Shown piece after piece: positions 6,611-15,673 of a stretch of 60,160 bases of DNA; the first letter of the stretch is position 1, and each line of letters opens with the position of its first letter. The stretch spans positions 1 through 60,160 of the forward strand of contig MFRA01000001.1 in the NCBI GenBank assembly GCA_001783215.1, read 5' to 3'. The notes below the pieces were generated by a model that worked only from the letters and a program-made list of their open reading frames with translations, was not told the DNA's origin and did not search any database. Both the position numbers and the translations under genes were made by a program. This DNA is from Candidatus Magasanikbacteria bacterium RIFOXYD1_FULL_40_23 (GTDB lineage: Bacteria > Patescibacteriota > Patescibacteriia > Magasanikbacterales > GWA2-37-8).

Positions 6611-7714
6611 ATGGAATTCAGCCATAAATTTTATAATACAACTACCTTGGCTTGGGAGGGTATGCGCCAAGCAATTTTGGAAGCCAAAACATCTGTTTAT
6701 TGGGAGATTTTTACGTTGGTGGATGATTTGGCCGGCAAACCGTTTATAGATCTATTGTGTGCCAAAGCTAAAGAAGGTCTTGATGTAAAACTGATTACCG
6801 ACGCTTTTGGTAGTTTTTCTTTATCCAATGATGCCGTAGCTCGTCTCAAAAATTCGGGGGTCAAATTTTTGGTATTTAATAATTTTCGTCCGGAATTTTC
6901 TTTGCAAAATTGGTGGCGCAAAGCTTGGCATCGTACCCACCGCAAAGTTTTGATTATAGATAGAGAAGTAGTTTTTATTGGGGGAGTAAACGTAGCCCAG
7001 TTTGCCACGCATTGGCAAGATTTACATTTGCGTTTAACTGGCAAAATAGTATTGCCGATTATGTTTAGCTTTGCCAAATCATATGTGCGGGCTGGGGGAG
7101 ACAAAAAAGAAGTAGAAGATTTATTGCGTCCAAAGTTATTCCCAAATCTAGAAGAGATTAGAGAAAAAATTAATTTTATTTTTCATTCTCCTTTTAGAAG
7201 TACCATTAAATCACCATTTAAGAATTTTTATAAAACTGCTTTGGGCACAGCCAAAGAAAAATTTAATTTACTTACTCCATATTATGTTCCGGACAAGCAT
7301 TTTTTAGAATTAGTTTCTCGCGCTAAAAAACGTGGTGTAAATGTAAATATTATTATTCCGTGGAGAAGTGATGAGCGTATAATGAGATACTTGGCATCTA
7401 TGTTATATGGCGTATCTGCCAAAGCCGGAGCTGTGTTTTATTTTTTGAAAAAAATGAATCATGGCAAGGCAGTAAGTGTAGATAATAAATTAGGAATGGT
7501 TGGGAGCGCCAATCTAACTCCGCGCAGTTTTTATATAAACCAAGAAGCCGGCGTCACTTTTTCTGATCAGCACATGGTGGAAGAGCTAAACAATATTTTG
7601 GATGATTGGAAGAGTGAAGCCATACCGCTGGCAGATTTAGGGTTAAATAATAAAGTAGGTTGGACCAGAAAGTTCAAAGATTGGTGGATGAATAAATTGC
7701 GGGATTATGTGTAG
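6611..7714 (+). CDS. phospholipase D family protein / cardiolipin synthase-like
   Basis: 367 aa with two HKD motifs (HRKVLIIDREVVFIGGVN and HGKAVSVDNKLGMVGSANL). Confidence 0.85.
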   Translation: MEFSHKFYNTTTLAWEGMRQAILEAKTSVYWEIFTLVDDLAGKPFIDLLCAKAKEGLDVKLITDAFGSFSLSNDAVARLKNSGVKFLVFNNFRPEFSLQNWWRKAWHRTHRKVLIIDREVVFIGGVNVAQFATHWQDLHLRLTGKIVLPIMFSFAKSYVRAGGDKKEVEDLLRPKLFPNLEEIREKINFIFHSPFRSTIKSPFKNFYKTALGTAKEKFNLLTPYYVPDKHFLELVSRAKKRGVNVNIIIPWRSDERIMRYLASMLYGVSAKAGAVFYFLKKMNHGKAVSVDNKLGMVGSANLTPRSFYINQEAGVTFSDQHMVEELNNILDDWKSEAIPLADLGLNNKVGWTRKFKDWWMNKLRDYV

Positions 7715-7758
7715 AGCCAAGTAATTTGGCTAAGGTTAGCTTCTAAATATTAAAATAA

Positions 7759-7792
7759 GCCCATTGACAAAATGGGTTTTTTGTGCTATACT
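7759..7792 (+). promoter_or_regulatory. combined terminator hairpin and promoter (the -35 lies in the hairpin loop)
   Basis: Hairpin agcccatt-gacaa-aatgggtt plus T-run. TTGACA 7764-7769, 17 nt, TATACT 7787-7792 with upstream TG. Confidence 0.6.
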
Positions 7793-7923
7793 GTTCTGTT
7801 GTTCTTTACAATTGGCATATCCCTGGTCTTAGAAGCAGTATGTTTAGTATCTTTTTTAGTAGGTAGTAAGCACACTGCTCACTAAGACAAGTTTAGCACG
7901 AAACCTCAGCGCAGGAGAGATTC

Positions 7924-8682
7924 ATGTTCCAAGATACCCATGGTGTGTTCGAGTCCGTTCAGGGTCTTACCCATCCGCTTCGTATGCTTCTGCTGGTGCC
8001 AGAAATTCTGGATCAGCTCAAGCTAGTTCTGTGGAGTGCTGACAGTGTCGGCACCGCCCAGATCCAGGATGCGATCCAGCAGGTCGGCATCGATGGTCCG
8101 AATGTGGTTATCAAGGGCACGCTCGGACTGGACTTCAGCGATTCTGCCCTGCCCGTCGATCATCGGCAGTGGAGTCTAAATCAGAAGCTCGAGGCGGCTT
8201 GGATCATCCTTGCTGCCAACTCGTTCGACGTCGGTTGTAATGACATCGGGCTTAACCTAAAGCATGATGATGCTGGGTTTCGCTTCTCCGACGAGGGGGG
8301 TGATTTCATGAAGGCTTGTCGTGAGGTGCAGAAGCAGCTCAGCGATGTGCTGCGCGGCGCTACCACCGTTCAGGCACTAGCCTCGGCCTTGCTCGACAAG
8401 ATCATGGCGAAGCTCGATGATTCCAAGGTCATCGACAAGATCGGGATCACCAACGAAGAGCGCAAGCATGTGGTGGTCTGGATCAAGCACCACTGGGTGC
8501 ACGAGACCGTGGCCTACGCCGCCTTCAAGCGAGGTCATGTCCTCTGCGAGGTGTACAACATCCTCGACGCGCTTGACTACTATTTCACCAACGGCCGGAC
8601 CCTCAAGGAAGAGGGGGTCACGTTCGATGGCGAGACTGGTATGGAGACAACGCCGCACTGTGGCGAGATCTTTCCCTACTAG
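7924..8682 (+). CDS. hypothetical protein, strongly GC-rich cassette
   Basis: 252 aa. AGGAG at 7913-7917. Hand count of 8401-8520 gives 57% GC. No recognisable motif. Shadow ORFs on both strands come from the high GC. Confidence 0.75.
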   Translation: MFQDTHGVFESVQGLTHPLRMLLLVPEILDQLKLVLWSADSVGTAQIQDAIQQVGIDGPNVVIKGTLGLDFSDSALPVDHRQWSLNQKLEAAWIILAANSFDVGCNDIGLNLKHDDAGFRFSDEGGDFMKACREVQKQLSDVLRGATTVQALASALLDKIMAKLDDSKVIDKIGITNEERKHVVVWIKHHWVHETVAYAAFKRGHVLCEVYNILDALDYYFTNGRTLKEEGVTFDGETGMETTPHCGEIFPY

Positions 8683-8813
8683 CGGGGATGCTATGCCAAG
8701 CACTGTTCTCAAGGTCGCGAGACCAAGGGATCGTGTTCAGCCGAGGTGTTGCTTCACCGCACGCCTCATCTAACAATCTTTTTTACTTCATAGAAATGAT
8801 TGAGGAATAAAAA

Positions 8814-8838
8814 GCTACCTAAAATAGGTGGTTTTTTG
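8814..8838 (+). terminator. terminator downstream of the GC-rich cassette
   Basis: gctacct-aaaat-aggtggt followed by tttttg. Confidence 0.55.
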
Positions 8839-8915
8839 TTTTTTATATACTGGACATTTTTGGTGCTAGTGGTAGAATTTATGGATAAAGTAATTTATTT
8901 ATTCTGATTAATACT

Positions 8916-10151
8916 ATGTCCAACAATGATCCGTTTGTAGGCGCTATACAACAGCTAGACAAACTAAAAGTTTTAGTAGGTTTGGAAGAAAATATTTACG
9001 AACAGCTCAAATCACCACAGAAATTTTTGGAAGTGTCTATTCCAGTCAAAATGGATAATGGGAAAATAAAAGTCTTTAAAGGTTTTCGTTCTCAATTTAG
9101 TAATGCTCGCGGTCCGTATAAAGGCGGTATTCGTTTTCATCCTCAAGTAAATGAATCAGAAGTAAAGGCGCTTAGTATGTGGATGGCGCTCAAAACTGCA
9201 GTTGTGGGTATTCCTCTTGGTGGTGGTAAGGGTGGTGTAATTGTAAATCCAAAAGAATTATCTGCTACAGAATTAGAAAAATTATCCCGTGGATACATTC
9301 AAGCAATTTATAAATTAATTGGTCCAGAGGTAGATGTGCCGGCTCCAGATGTTTATACCGATCCAAAAATAATGGGTTGGATGCTAGATGAGTATGAAAA
9401 AATAATGGGCAGACACTTGCCGGGAGTAATTACCGGTAAGCCGCTTAGTATCGGTGGCTCACAAGCCCGTGGTTACTCTACGGCTCAAGGTGGTTTTTAT
9501 GTTTTGCAACAGGCGGTGAAAAAAATGAGTTTGGCAAATACACGAGTAGCTGTACAAGGCTTTGGTAATGCGGGTGCAACTATGGCCAAAATTGTATCCG
9601 AGAATGGTTACAAAGTAGTGGCTGTATCCGATTCTAAAGGCGGAATATATAGTGAGCAAGGTTTGGATATGCAAAAACTGTTTGCTCACAAAGAGCAAAC
9701 TGGTTCTGTAGTTAATTTTGCGGAAGCTTCAAGTATTGGTGAAAATATTTTGTCTCAAGACGTGGATGTTCTTGTATTGGCCGCCCTAGAAAACAGTGTG
9801 ACTGGCGAAAATGCGAATCAGATAAAAGCCAAATTAATAATAGAGCTTGCCAATGGTCCGATAACCCAGGAAGGCGATGCAGTTTTGGCAAGTGCTGGGG
9901 TAGTGGTTGTGCCAGATATTTTGGCCAATGCGGGTGGGGTGGCGGTAAGCTATTTTGAACAGGTACAAAATGCCTATAATTACTATTGGGAAGAAAAAGA
10001 AGTTTTAGAAAAGCTAGAAAAAATGATGATAAAATCTTTTGATGAAGTTTGGGGTAGAAAAGAAAAGTATAATAGTGATATGCGTATGGGCGCCTACGCC
10101 TTGGCAGTAGAAAGAATTGGCCAGGCTATGAAAGACAGGGGTTGGTCGTAG
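8916..10151 (+). CDS. gdhA: NAD(P)-dependent glutamate dehydrogenase
   Basis: 411 aa. KGGIRFHP and GIPLGGGKGG motifs, plus a Rossmann GFGNAG. Confidence 0.92.
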   Translation: MSNNDPFVGAIQQLDKLKVLVGLEENIYEQLKSPQKFLEVSIPVKMDNGKIKVFKGFRSQFSNARGPYKGGIRFHPQVNESEVKALSMWMALKTAVVGIPLGGGKGGVIVNPKELSATELEKLSRGYIQAIYKLIGPEVDVPAPDVYTDPKIMGWMLDEYEKIMGRHLPGVITGKPLSIGGSQARGYSTAQGGFYVLQQAVKKMSLANTRVAVQGFGNAGATMAKIVSENGYKVVAVSDSKGGIYSEQGLDMQKLFAHKEQTGSVVNFAEASSIGENILSQDVDVLVLAALENSVTGENANQIKAKLIIELANGPITQEGDAVLASAGVVVVPDILANAGGVAVSYFEQVQNAYNYYWEEKEVLEKLEKMMIKSFDEVWGRKEKYNSDMRMGAYALAVERIGQAMKDRGWS

Positions 10152-10184
10152 CTTGTTTTAAGCTGGTATTTGTAGTACAATTCA

Positions 10185-10916
10185 ATGCATATGTTGGATC
10201 ATTTTTGGTTAACCTACTTGTATCAGCCGTTATTTAACGCGCTTATTTGGATTTACTTAAATATCGCCGAGCGAAATATGGGGTGGGCTGTTGTTTGGCT
10301 CACTATTTTTTTGCGCATACTTCTCATGCCGTTTACTCTTATTTCCGAACGAGACAATATTAAGCAAAAAGAAGTAGAAGCCCAGGCGGTAGAAGCGGCC
10401 AAAGCATTCAAAAATGATTCTGTTGCCCAAAAAGAAGAGGTCAGAAGAGTGATGCAAAAGAATCATGTTTCTCCTTGGGCCAAAGTTTTTTCATTGGCAT
10501 TCCAAGTGTTGGTTTTTTTGCTTTTGTATCAAGTTTTTATCCGCGGTATAACTGGAGAAAGAATTGTAAAAATTCTTTACCCATTTATAGATTTTCCAGG
10601 CAAGATAAATTTAGATTTTTATGGCACCAATATTGGCAATACCCATGACGTTTTTTGGGCAGGGTTGGTAGCGATTTATCTTTTCTTTTCTATTTACCTA
10701 AAAGAAACATTTAGTAAACAAAGGGACCAGTCAAGAGTCACATTTTTATTTTTATTTCCACTATTTACCTTTGCCATTCTCTGGTTTTTACCAATGGTAA
10801 AAGCGCTTTTTATTTTGACAACCATGATTTTCTCTGATATAATTTCTCTTATCAGAAGAGTGCTTTTTCCAGAAAAGAAGGCAGCTGTGCCTGCAAAAGC
10901 ATCTGCAAAAAAGTAA
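10185..10916 (+). CDS. yidC: membrane protein insertase YidC/Oxa1 family (short form)
   Basis: 243 aa, multi-TM, with the typical WAVVWLTIFLRILLMPFT segment. Confidence 0.8.
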   Translation: MHMLDHFWLTYLYQPLFNALIWIYLNIAERNMGWAVVWLTIFLRILLMPFTLISERDNIKQKEVEAQAVEAAKAFKNDSVAQKEEVRRVMQKNHVSPWAKVFSLAFQVLVFLLLYQVFIRGITGERIVKILYPFIDFPGKINLDFYGTNIGNTHDVFWAGLVAIYLFFSIYLKETFSKQRDQSRVTFLFLFPLFTFAILWFLPMVKALFILTTMIFSDIISLIRRVLFPEKKAAVPAKASAKK

Positions 10917-10949
10917 AAAATTTATTTAAGTTTAAACTTTGCAAACTCT

Positions 10950-11516
10950 ATGGCTGGAGATTCACTAGACAAATTAATGTACTCCTTTGTAATGGATGAT
11001 GTTTTGAAAGGTCTTTTTATAAATGTTCCTCCTGGCTATGTAGCATGTGTGTACGATTTAGGTAGAGGAGTGCTCAAAAAAGTTCTTACACCTGGGTTAC
11101 ACCTAAAAATACCGTTTTGGCAAAAAGCCAAATTGTTTAATACCCAAACTTTGGAGTATAGTATTTCCAGACAGTTTAATTCCGAACACGAAAAAGCTTT
11201 GGGAGACATCCCAATTGCTGCCGGCACCAAAGATGGTCAGAGAGTAGGGGTAGAGGGCACAGTGCTATTGCGCTTGGATGTTCATCAGGTCCCATCTATT
11301 TGGCAAACAATCGGCGAAGACTTTATTGCCAAAATTATCCGCCCAACTATCCGTAGTCGTGTGCGCATGGTGTTTAGTAAGTTTGAATACCAGGAAATAG
11401 TAGGTGCCAAGAGAGATTCGGTAGAAATGGAACTAAAAAATGAGCTGGAAAGAATCTTTTATGCTCGCGGCATATATGTAGAAAACGTGCTGCTTAGCGA
11501 AATTGGCAAGATCTAG
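10950..11516 (+). CDS. SPFH/band-7 (prohibitin-like) domain protein
   Basis: 188 aa. GYVACVYDLGRGV...PGLHLKIPFWQK...TKDGQRV pattern. Confidence 0.75.
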   Translation: MAGDSLDKLMYSFVMDDVLKGLFINVPPGYVACVYDLGRGVLKKVLTPGLHLKIPFWQKAKLFNTQTLEYSISRQFNSEHEKALGDIPIAAGTKDGQRVGVEGTVLLRLDVHQVPSIWQTIGEDFIAKIIRPTIRSRVRMVFSKFEYQEIVGAKRDSVEMELKNELERIFYARGIYVENVLLSEIGKI

Positions 11517-11538
11517 ATTTATATATAATCCCATAGTA

Positions 11539-11577
11539 AAAAGAGCCCTTGACGGCTCTTTTTTCGTATGTTATATT
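11539..11577 (+). promoter_or_regulatory. terminator-loop promoter of the hrcA operon
   Basis: Hairpin aaaagagcc-cttgac-ggctctttt. TTGACG 11549-11554, 17 nt, TATATT 11572-11577. Confidence 0.6.
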
Positions 11578-11602
11578 ATCACTCGTAAGGAAAGAGTGCT
11601 AA
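11576..11602 (+). promoter_or_regulatory. CIRCE operator (HrcA binding site)
   Basis: TTATCACTC-N9-GAGTGCTAA versus consensus TTAGCACTC-N9-GAGTGCTAA (1 mismatch). It overlaps the -10. Confidence 0.8.
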
Positions 11603-11608
11603 CGCACT

Positions 11609-11678
11609 GTCATTCTGAACGAAGTGAAGAATCCCTTTTATCCAAACGAGAGGGATCCTTCGTTCCACTCAGGATGAC
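11609..11678. repeat. palindromic intergenic repeat family 1, copy 1 (in the hrcA 5' UTR)
   Basis: GTCATTCTGAACGAAGTGAAGAATCCC...GGGATCCTTCGTTCCACTCAGGATGAC. Second copy at 58563-58632. Confidence 0.8.
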
Positions 11679-11685
11679 ATTGTAA

Positions 11686-12372
11686 ATGTGTATGGACAAT
11701 CGTAAAGAAAAATTATTAACAATGGTAATAGAAAGCTATATCAAAAATGCCGAACCGATCGGTTCCAAATTTTTGGTTTCTTTTGGCGATTTGGATTTTT
11801 CCGAAGCTACTGTGCGCAACGAACTGCGCGCTTTGGAAGAAGAAGGGTTTCTTACCCATCCACACACCTCAGCTGGTAGAATACCTACCGAAAAAGGTTA
11901 TAGATATTATGTAGACCAGCTCAATTTAGAAAAAAGTCATATTTCTAAAAACGATTACAAGACTCTAACAGATTCTTTGTCGGAAGATATAGATTATGAG
12001 TTATCTATAAAAAATTTAGCCAAAGCAGCTGTAGAACTGTCCAACGAAACTGTGATTATCGCTTTTTCTGCCGAAAAAGTGTATTATACTGGATTATCTA
12101 ATTTATTTCATAAGTCAGAATTTGGCGACTTGGCAGTAGTGGCAAATATTTCCCATGTATTTGATAACTGCGAAGATTATGTAGAGGATTTATTTGCAAA
12201 AGTAGAAGATTCGCCAAGATATTTTATTGGCAGCGAAAATCCATTTGATGAAATGTTAAGTGTAGTTTCGGCTCGTTTTGGCAAAGAGGGCATGATTGCG
12301 TTGCTTGGGCCAAAGAGAATGGACTACAAATATAATTTTGGTTTAATTAAAAAATTATTAGAGATAATGTAA
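11686..12372 (+). CDS. hrcA: heat-inducible transcription repressor HrcA (short, 228 aa)
   Basis: N-terminal winged helix (IESYIKNAEPIGSKFL...ATVRNELRALEEEGFLTHPHTSAGRIPT). It sits directly behind CIRCE and before grpE. Confidence 0.85.
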   Translation: MCMDNRKEKLLTMVIESYIKNAEPIGSKFLVSFGDLDFSEATVRNELRALEEEGFLTHPHTSAGRIPTEKGYRYYVDQLNLEKSHISKNDYKTLTDSLSEDIDYELSIKNLAKAAVELSNETVIIAFSAEKVYYTGLSNLFHKSEFGDLAVVANISHVFDNCEDYVEDLFAKVEDSPRYFIGSENPFDEMLSVVSARFGKEGMIALLGPKRMDYKYNFGLIKKLLEIM

Positions 12373-12383
12373 AAAGTATTAGT

Positions 12384-12905
12384 ATGTCAGAAGATAATAA
12401 TGTGCAAGACGAAAACAAAGAGCAAGAAGAAGTAAAATCTTCTACTTGCGAAAATTGTGATAAGCATAAAGCCGAAGCCGAGGAGTATAAAACTGGTTGG
12501 CAAAGAGCCTTGGCAGATTACAAAAATTTGCAAAAAGAATCTGCAGATATGCGCGGAGTTTGGGCCAAAGCCAGCGAACAATATATATTAGAAGAGTTTG
12601 TGCCAGTTTACGAGAACTTCAAAAAAGCCTTTGCGCACAAAGATAGTATGGCCGAAGAAAACGGCTGGAAGCAATGGGCAGATGGCATTGGGCATATAAA
12701 AAAGCAGTTCGGCGATATATTAAAGAATTACCAAGTAGAAGAAATAAAAACAGTTGGAGAAAAGTTTGATCCACGATTTCACGAAGCTATTGGCGAAGAA
12801 GAATCTGAAGGAAGCGAGCCAGGAACAATCTTAAAAGAAGTAGAGGGTGGATATAAAAGAGGAGATAAGGTAATTAAACCGGCGAGAGTAATTGTTAGTA
12901 AGTAA
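12384..12905 (+). CDS. grpE: nucleotide exchange factor GrpE
   Basis: 173 aa. Coiled N-terminus, then C-terminal FDPRFHEA...V.KPA.V pattern. Confidence 0.9.
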   Translation: MSEDNNVQDENKEQEEVKSSTCENCDKHKAEAEEYKTGWQRALADYKNLQKESADMRGVWAKASEQYILEEFVPVYENFKKAFAHKDSMAEENGWKQWADGIGHIKKQFGDILKNYQVEEIKTVGEKFDPRFHEAIGEEESEGSEPGTILKEVEGGYKRGDKVIKPARVIVSK

Positions 12906-12906
12906 T

Positions 12907-13404
12907 ATGCCAGGTTTAACAGATGAACAACACGCTGTTTTGATAAAGCACTTGGATAGTTCTACAACATTAGAGCTGGCAACATCGTTGCGTAAAGTAA
13001 TGATTCCAGATGAAGACCAATTTAATTTAGCTGTTCTATGTTTTTCAATATTAACTGGCATAGAATCATTAGTTGCAGAGGTGAGCCTCAAAAACTTAAA
13101 AAAAGGCATGATAAAAGAATTTTTAAGACCAGATATATTTGATTTGATCTATAACAAATTAACTCTTACAAATAAACTAGATATATTTGAGGTGGCATTT
13201 AGTAAAGATCAAAGTTTAAAAAAGAAATATGCTCCATTTGTTTCATTTGTAAGGAAGCTTAATAGTGAAATTAGAAATAATATGTTTCATTGTAAATTAG
13301 ATCAACTTAGTTATAACGGCGAAATTCTTTTAAGGAACATTAAAAGTCAAAGGGGTCTAGTTAAAGATATGTTTAGTTATTTACGAGATTCAAAAAAACA
13401 ATAA
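12907..13404 (+). CDS. hypothetical protein with HEPN-type Rx4H motif (MtlR/Abi-like)
   Basis: 165 aa from ATG 12907, 1 nt after the grpE stop. All-helical sequence with NKLDIF...LNSEIRNNMFHCKL (R-x4-H). Low GC like native genes. Confidence 0.55.
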   Translation: MPGLTDEQHAVLIKHLDSSTTLELATSLRKVMIPDEDQFNLAVLCFSILTGIESLVAEVSLKNLKKGMIKEFLRPDIFDLIYNKLTLTNKLDIFEVAFSKDQSLKKKYAPFVSFVRKLNSEIRNNMFHCKLDQLSYNGEILLRNIKSQRGLVKDMFSYLRDSKKQ

Positions 13405-13415
13405 AATTTAACTTT

Positions 13416-13742
13416 ATGTCAGAACAACCAAAAACAACAAGTTTCATGGGTATTGGGCAGACTTTCTATGGTAAGAAGCATTTTAATCAAGTTGACGGTA
13501 CTTACTCGACAACATTATGGGTGATATTTATTTTTATTCCTATTTTCCCTTTAGGAACATACAAAGTAAAAATAGTAAAAACGAGCTATAGTCCATCAAT
13601 GAACATTTCTAGTATCAGAACAAATTACGAGATTATTTCAGGGGAGCGTATGGATATAGGGCAGATACTGTTAACTTATTTAGCAGGTTTGTTATTTACC
13701 GCAGTGCTAGTATGGTGGTTTTACTTTCTATTTACAATTTAA
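13416..13742 (+). CDS. small membrane protein (two hydrophobic segments)
   Basis: 108 aa. TM segments LWVIFIFIPIFPLG and LLTYLAGLLFTAVLVWWFYFLF. Confidence 0.7.
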   Translation: MSEQPKTTSFMGIGQTFYGKKHFNQVDGTYSTTLWVIFIFIPIFPLGTYKVKIVKTSYSPSMNISSIRTNYEIISGERMDIGQILLTYLAGLLFTAVLVWWFYFLFTI

Positions 13743-13764
13743 AATTAATAAATAATATATAAAT

Positions 13765-15663
13765 ATGGCAAAAGTACTCGGAATTGACTTAGGGACAACC
13801 AATAGCTGTATCGCTATCATCGAAGGCGGACAGCCAAAGGTTTTAGAAAACAAAGAAGGTGCTCGTACCACCCCTTCTATTGTGGCTGTCTCCAAAACTG
13901 GAGAACGTTTGGTAGGCCAGTTGGCTAAGCGCCAATCTGTTACCAATCCTCAAAATACACTATATTCCGTAAAACGTCTTATCGGCCGACGCTACGAAGA
14001 CTCCGAAGTGCAACGTGACTTGTCTTTGCTTCCTTACAAAATTGTAAAAAGCGAAGATAAGGTAAAAATCGTAATGCAAGACAAAGAATATACCCCTCAA
14101 GAAATTTCGGCTATGATTTTGGGAAAATTAAAAGCTGATGCCGAAGAAAAGACAGGAGAAAAAATTACCGAAGCGGTAATTACCGTGCCAGCTTACTTTG
14201 ATGATTCTCAGCGCCAAGCTACCAAAGATGCGGGTGCAATTGCTGGTTTAAATGTTTTGCGTATCATAAACGAACCAACTGCCGCCGCTTTGGCCTATGG
14301 ATTCGATAAAAAGAAAGATCAAAAAATTGCTGTTTACGATTTAGGTGGTGGTACTTTCGATATTTCAATTCTAGAAGTAAGTGCCGACACGGTGCAAGTA
14401 TTATCTACCAATGGTGATACGCACTTGGGTGGCGATGATTTCGATAATATTATTATCAATTGGATTAACGAAGAGTTTAAAAAAGACAGCGGTATTGATT
14501 TGAGCAAGGATTTGTTATCCAAACAAAGAATCAAAGAAGCCGCCGAAAAAGCCAAGATAGAACTATCTACTTCTCAAGAATCAGAAATCAACCAACCGTT
14601 TATTACTTCCGATTCCAACGGTCCAAAACATTTGGTAATGAAATTAACTAGAGCCAAACTAGAAGAGTTGGTAGGGGAGTTGGTAGATAAAACTTTGGTG
14701 CCAGTACGCAAAGCTTTGGAAGATGCTAAACTAAAACCAGAAGATTTAAACGAAGTAGTAATGGTAGGTGGTATGACTCGCATGCCGCTTGTACTTCAAG
14801 CTGTAGAAAAGTATTTTGGCAAGAAGCCAAATATTAGTGTAAATCCAGACGAAGTGGTGGCTATCGGTGCTGCTGTGCAAGCCGGTGTGCTAAAAGGTGA
14901 AGTACACGACGTGTTGTTGCTTGACGTTATTCCGCTATCCTTTGGACTCGAAACTATGGGTGGAGTAATGACAAAACTTATAGAGCGCAACACTACTATT
15001 CCTACTTCCAAGAGCCAAGTGTTTTCTACTGCCGCCGATAATCAGCCAGCTGTAGAAATTAAAGTTTTGCAAGGCGAGCGCCCAATGGCTAATGATAACA
15101 AAAATCTAGGCATGTTTATTCTAGATGGTATTCCACCCGCTCCACGAGGTGTGCCGCAGGTAGAAGTAACCTTTGATATTGATGCCAACGGTATTTTGAA
15201 TGTTAAAGCCAAAGATAAAGCTACCAATAAAGAACAATCAATTCGTATAGAGGCTTCTACCGGTTTATCCAAAGAAGAAGTAGAAAAGATGAAGCAAGAT
15301 GCTGAAAGCCATGCTGCCGAAGATAAGCAAAAACAAGAATTGATTGAAGCCAGAAACATTGCCGATACAATGGTATATACCACCGAAAAAATGATGAAGG
15401 AAGTAGAAGAGAAAAAGGTGGAAATTACCGAAGAGGAAAAAAATAAAGTAAACGAAAACTTAAAGATAGTAAAAGAAGTAAAAGATAAAGACGATATTGA
15501 GTTGATTAAAAAAGCTTCCGAAGAATTATCCAAGGTAGCTCAGGTGGTAGGCACAAAGATGTATCAAGCTACTCAGCCAGCTCCAGGTTCTGCAGCTCCT
15601 GGCGCAGAAGAAGAAAAGAAAGAAGATGGTAAAGAGCCGATAGAAGGCGAAGTAGTGAAATAA
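13765..15663 (+). CDS. dnaK: molecular chaperone DnaK (Hsp70)
   Basis: 632 aa. [17 protein letters not shown] and other Hsp70 signatures. Confidence 0.97.
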   Translation: MAKVLGIDLGTTNSCIAIIEGGQPKVLENKEGARTTPSIVAVSKTGERLVGQLAKRQSVTNPQNTLYSVKRLIGRRYEDSEVQRDLSLLPYKIVKSEDKVKIVMQDKEYTPQEISAMILGKLKADAEEKTGEKITEAVITVPAYFDDSQRQATKDAGAIAGLNVLRIINEPTAAALAYGFDKKKDQKIAVYDLGGGTFDISILEVSADTVQVLSTNGDTHLGGDDFDNIIINWINEEFKKDSGIDLSKDLLSKQRIKEAAEKAKIELSTSQESEINQPFITSDSNGPKHLVMKLTRAKLEELVGELVDKTLVPVRKALEDAKLKPEDLNEVVMVGGMTRMPLVLQAVEKYFGKKPNISVNPDEVVAIGAAVQAGVLKGEVHDVLLLDVIPLSFGLETMGGVMTKLIERNTTIPTSKSQVFSTAADNQPAVEIKVLQGERPMANDNKNLGMFILDGIPPAPRGVPQVEVTFDIDANGILNVKAKDKATNKEQSIRIEASTGLSKEEVEKMKQDAESHAAEDKQKQELIEARNIADTMVYTTEKMMKEVEEKKVEITEEEKNKVNENLKIVKEVKDKDDIELIKKASEELSKVAQVVGTKMYQATQPAPGSAAPGAEEEKKEDGKEPIEGEVVK

Positions 15664-15673
15664 AATAATTTAT

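Noticed and set aside
8377-8773. ORFs 8377-8712 (-) and 8417-8773 (+) overlapping the 7924-8682 gene.
   Set aside because: Stop-codon-poor frames are expected in 55-60% GC DNA. They have no SD or promoter of their own and overlap the better-supported frame.
11503-11685. 60-aa ORF ending ...CHSERSEESLLSKREGSFVPLRMTL.
   Set aside because: It is the translation of the promoter/CIRCE region and the family-1 palindromic repeat. The same pseudo-peptide would arise at 58563-58632.
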